Positions 62,401-64,000 of a stretch of DNA of 64,000 nucleotides are shown one piece after another. Position 1 is the stretch's first letter. Every line of letters begins with the position of its first letter. Made by a program: the position numbers and the translations under genes. Source of the stretch: Priapulus caudatus (lineage: Eukaryota); the NCBI RefSeq assembly GCF_000485595.1, contig NW_014577077.1:746063-810062 (forward strand). Reading direction: 5' to 3'. The notes under the pieces were generated by a model that worked only from the letters and a program-made list of their open reading frames with translations, did not search any database and was not told where the DNA came from.

Positions 62401-62767
62401 AATTCACTTCTGGATCTGCCACTGGACGATCGGCAGCGTAGTGGCACACTAACACAACAACGCTGCACTCATTGAATAGAAATTTTAACAGGTTTACTAT
62501 ATAGCGTAATTGTGGGGCAATTGCTGAATTGAGCAGTTCTGGCGATTGCACGACGGGTTTGACTACCCACGTAGCTAGAGATTTCCTAGAAATGGTAATT
62601 CTTGGTTCGCTACTTGGCGCGCTTGGTTTGCTGTAAAACCCCCAGTTGAACTGAGGTTGGTTTAATTGAGACCCCCACATCAGTGTAGTACATATGGCGT
62701 GCCATAGATGGCGCAATGAGGCTATATGCATAGCACTCTTCCTGCAGCCGCCTCGGCCGGCTATAAC

Positions 62768-62870
62768 CTAGACTGGTACCCGGTCAACAGTTCCACACGC
62801 TACACTAACTAACTTCAGTGTAGCAAAGTATACTTGCCGGAGTGAAGGTGGCGAACGGGTACCAGTCTAG
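62768..62870. mobile_element. ~100-bp palindromic mini-element
   Basis: 15-bp perfect IR CTAGACTGGTACCCG / CGGGTACCAGTCTAG; inner hairpin GCTACACT..AGTGTAGC. Confidence 0.6.
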
Positions 62871-64000
62871 AAAGCCAACTGGAAAGAGAAACTGAAATGG
62901 GAACTAGCCTATCTGCACAGCATGAGCAGCATCATAACGTTACTGTGAGTGGTATATATGTAACATTTCATTATAGCCTTCTGTTCATCGAGTCCATATT
63001 GCACAAAGCTGAGAAATGGTGTTCATTCGTTGTAATTCATGTTCTGTTTGCAGCTAGCTGTAACTCTATACAACATTGACAATATTTGTGTGGTACTTGA
63101 CATCTGCCTTGACGGACCATTTTGCGGGTGCTGAAGTATGCGGTTAGTGAATGATGAAGTATTGGGTATTCTTCCGTATGCATTATTTCTGTGTCCTAAT
63201 TTTCCTGGTGGCAGGTGGGGCATGTCGTCGCGCAATGTCTGACAATTGAACGACCATGCAATGTAAAGCATATAACAGCATATATTGCGATGTATTTGTA
63301 ACCATTCATTCCATTTACCTCACCAGCCTTATAAGCAGTAAAGAAATACCGCTGTTCACCCGTGTTCTTCATGGTTCGATGGTTTCTTTGTGTGTTATAC
63401 TTGTAACTGCCTCAGCAGACTTTGACTTTGCCGGCTCATGTACAGCTGGCTGTACAGTTATACATTCTCCGGCGGTCATATATGCGCCGTTCCGCAATAT
63501 AAGTTTAACTACACGTGACAAATGTCATCCAAATCGATCATATTGACGAAGTTAGCCATTGTGTGCAGAACATCACGTTACATGAAGAACTTCAGGCTGT
63601 CGACAGTTCCCTTCAACATGACGTAGGTACTGCTGTCAGAACGTTCTGTAGCAGCACAGAGCTGAGCAATACCGTACGCAGAGGAATCAGTTCGATGTTA
63701 CGAATAGCCACATAATGCGCATACTCTCTCATACAGCATCGTCATCCATTTCTTCATGCAATCATGGTGCGATCTCTCTGATGTTCACATATGAAGTGTT
63801 ACATAGGACATGCGTCATGGGGCGCTGTACAACTTATAGTGAAAACGCCTAAGACCACACGGAAATGGAACCACCGCGAAATCAAAACCTTCGCTCGCGG
63901 CCCCCCCCCCACCTAAGTCGCGAGTTCCTCCCACGTCCCAAATCTCTGCCCTCTGTCCCCCCTAAGATTCTGGACTGTTCGCTGGCAGCTATGGATCCAT

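Overview
Eukaryotic (invertebrate metazoan, protostome-like) genomic DNA, intron- and repeat-rich, with one 10-N gap at 7529-7538. Two tandem + strand spliced genes can be rebuilt by hand from GT-AG sites and reading-frame phase. (1) A 7-exon HROB/MCM8IP (C17orf53)-like OB-fold gene at 404-6457, about 576 aa. (2) A 14-exon IGF2BP/Imp/ZBP1-family RNA-binding protein gene at 8341-57736, 614 aa, with 2 RRM + 4 KH domains and ~9.4 kb and ~23 kb first introns. The most interesting unexplained structure is regulatory and sits in IGF2BP: candidate alternative first exons in intron 2 that would give RRM1-less isoforms, in-frame 15-nt and 33-nt microexon candidates, a possible poison exon, and a 12-nt perfect let-7 site plus a miR-9 8mer downstream of the stop. 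The introns carry many non-autonomous transposons: CAG-terminated MITEs with 5-, 6- and 8-bp TSDs, two long-hairpin elements, Helitron/Helentron-like elements, and a tRNA-Arg-like sequence split by a MITE. Most short ORFs in the track are noise from simple repeats. All calls come from reading the sequence; no searches were run.
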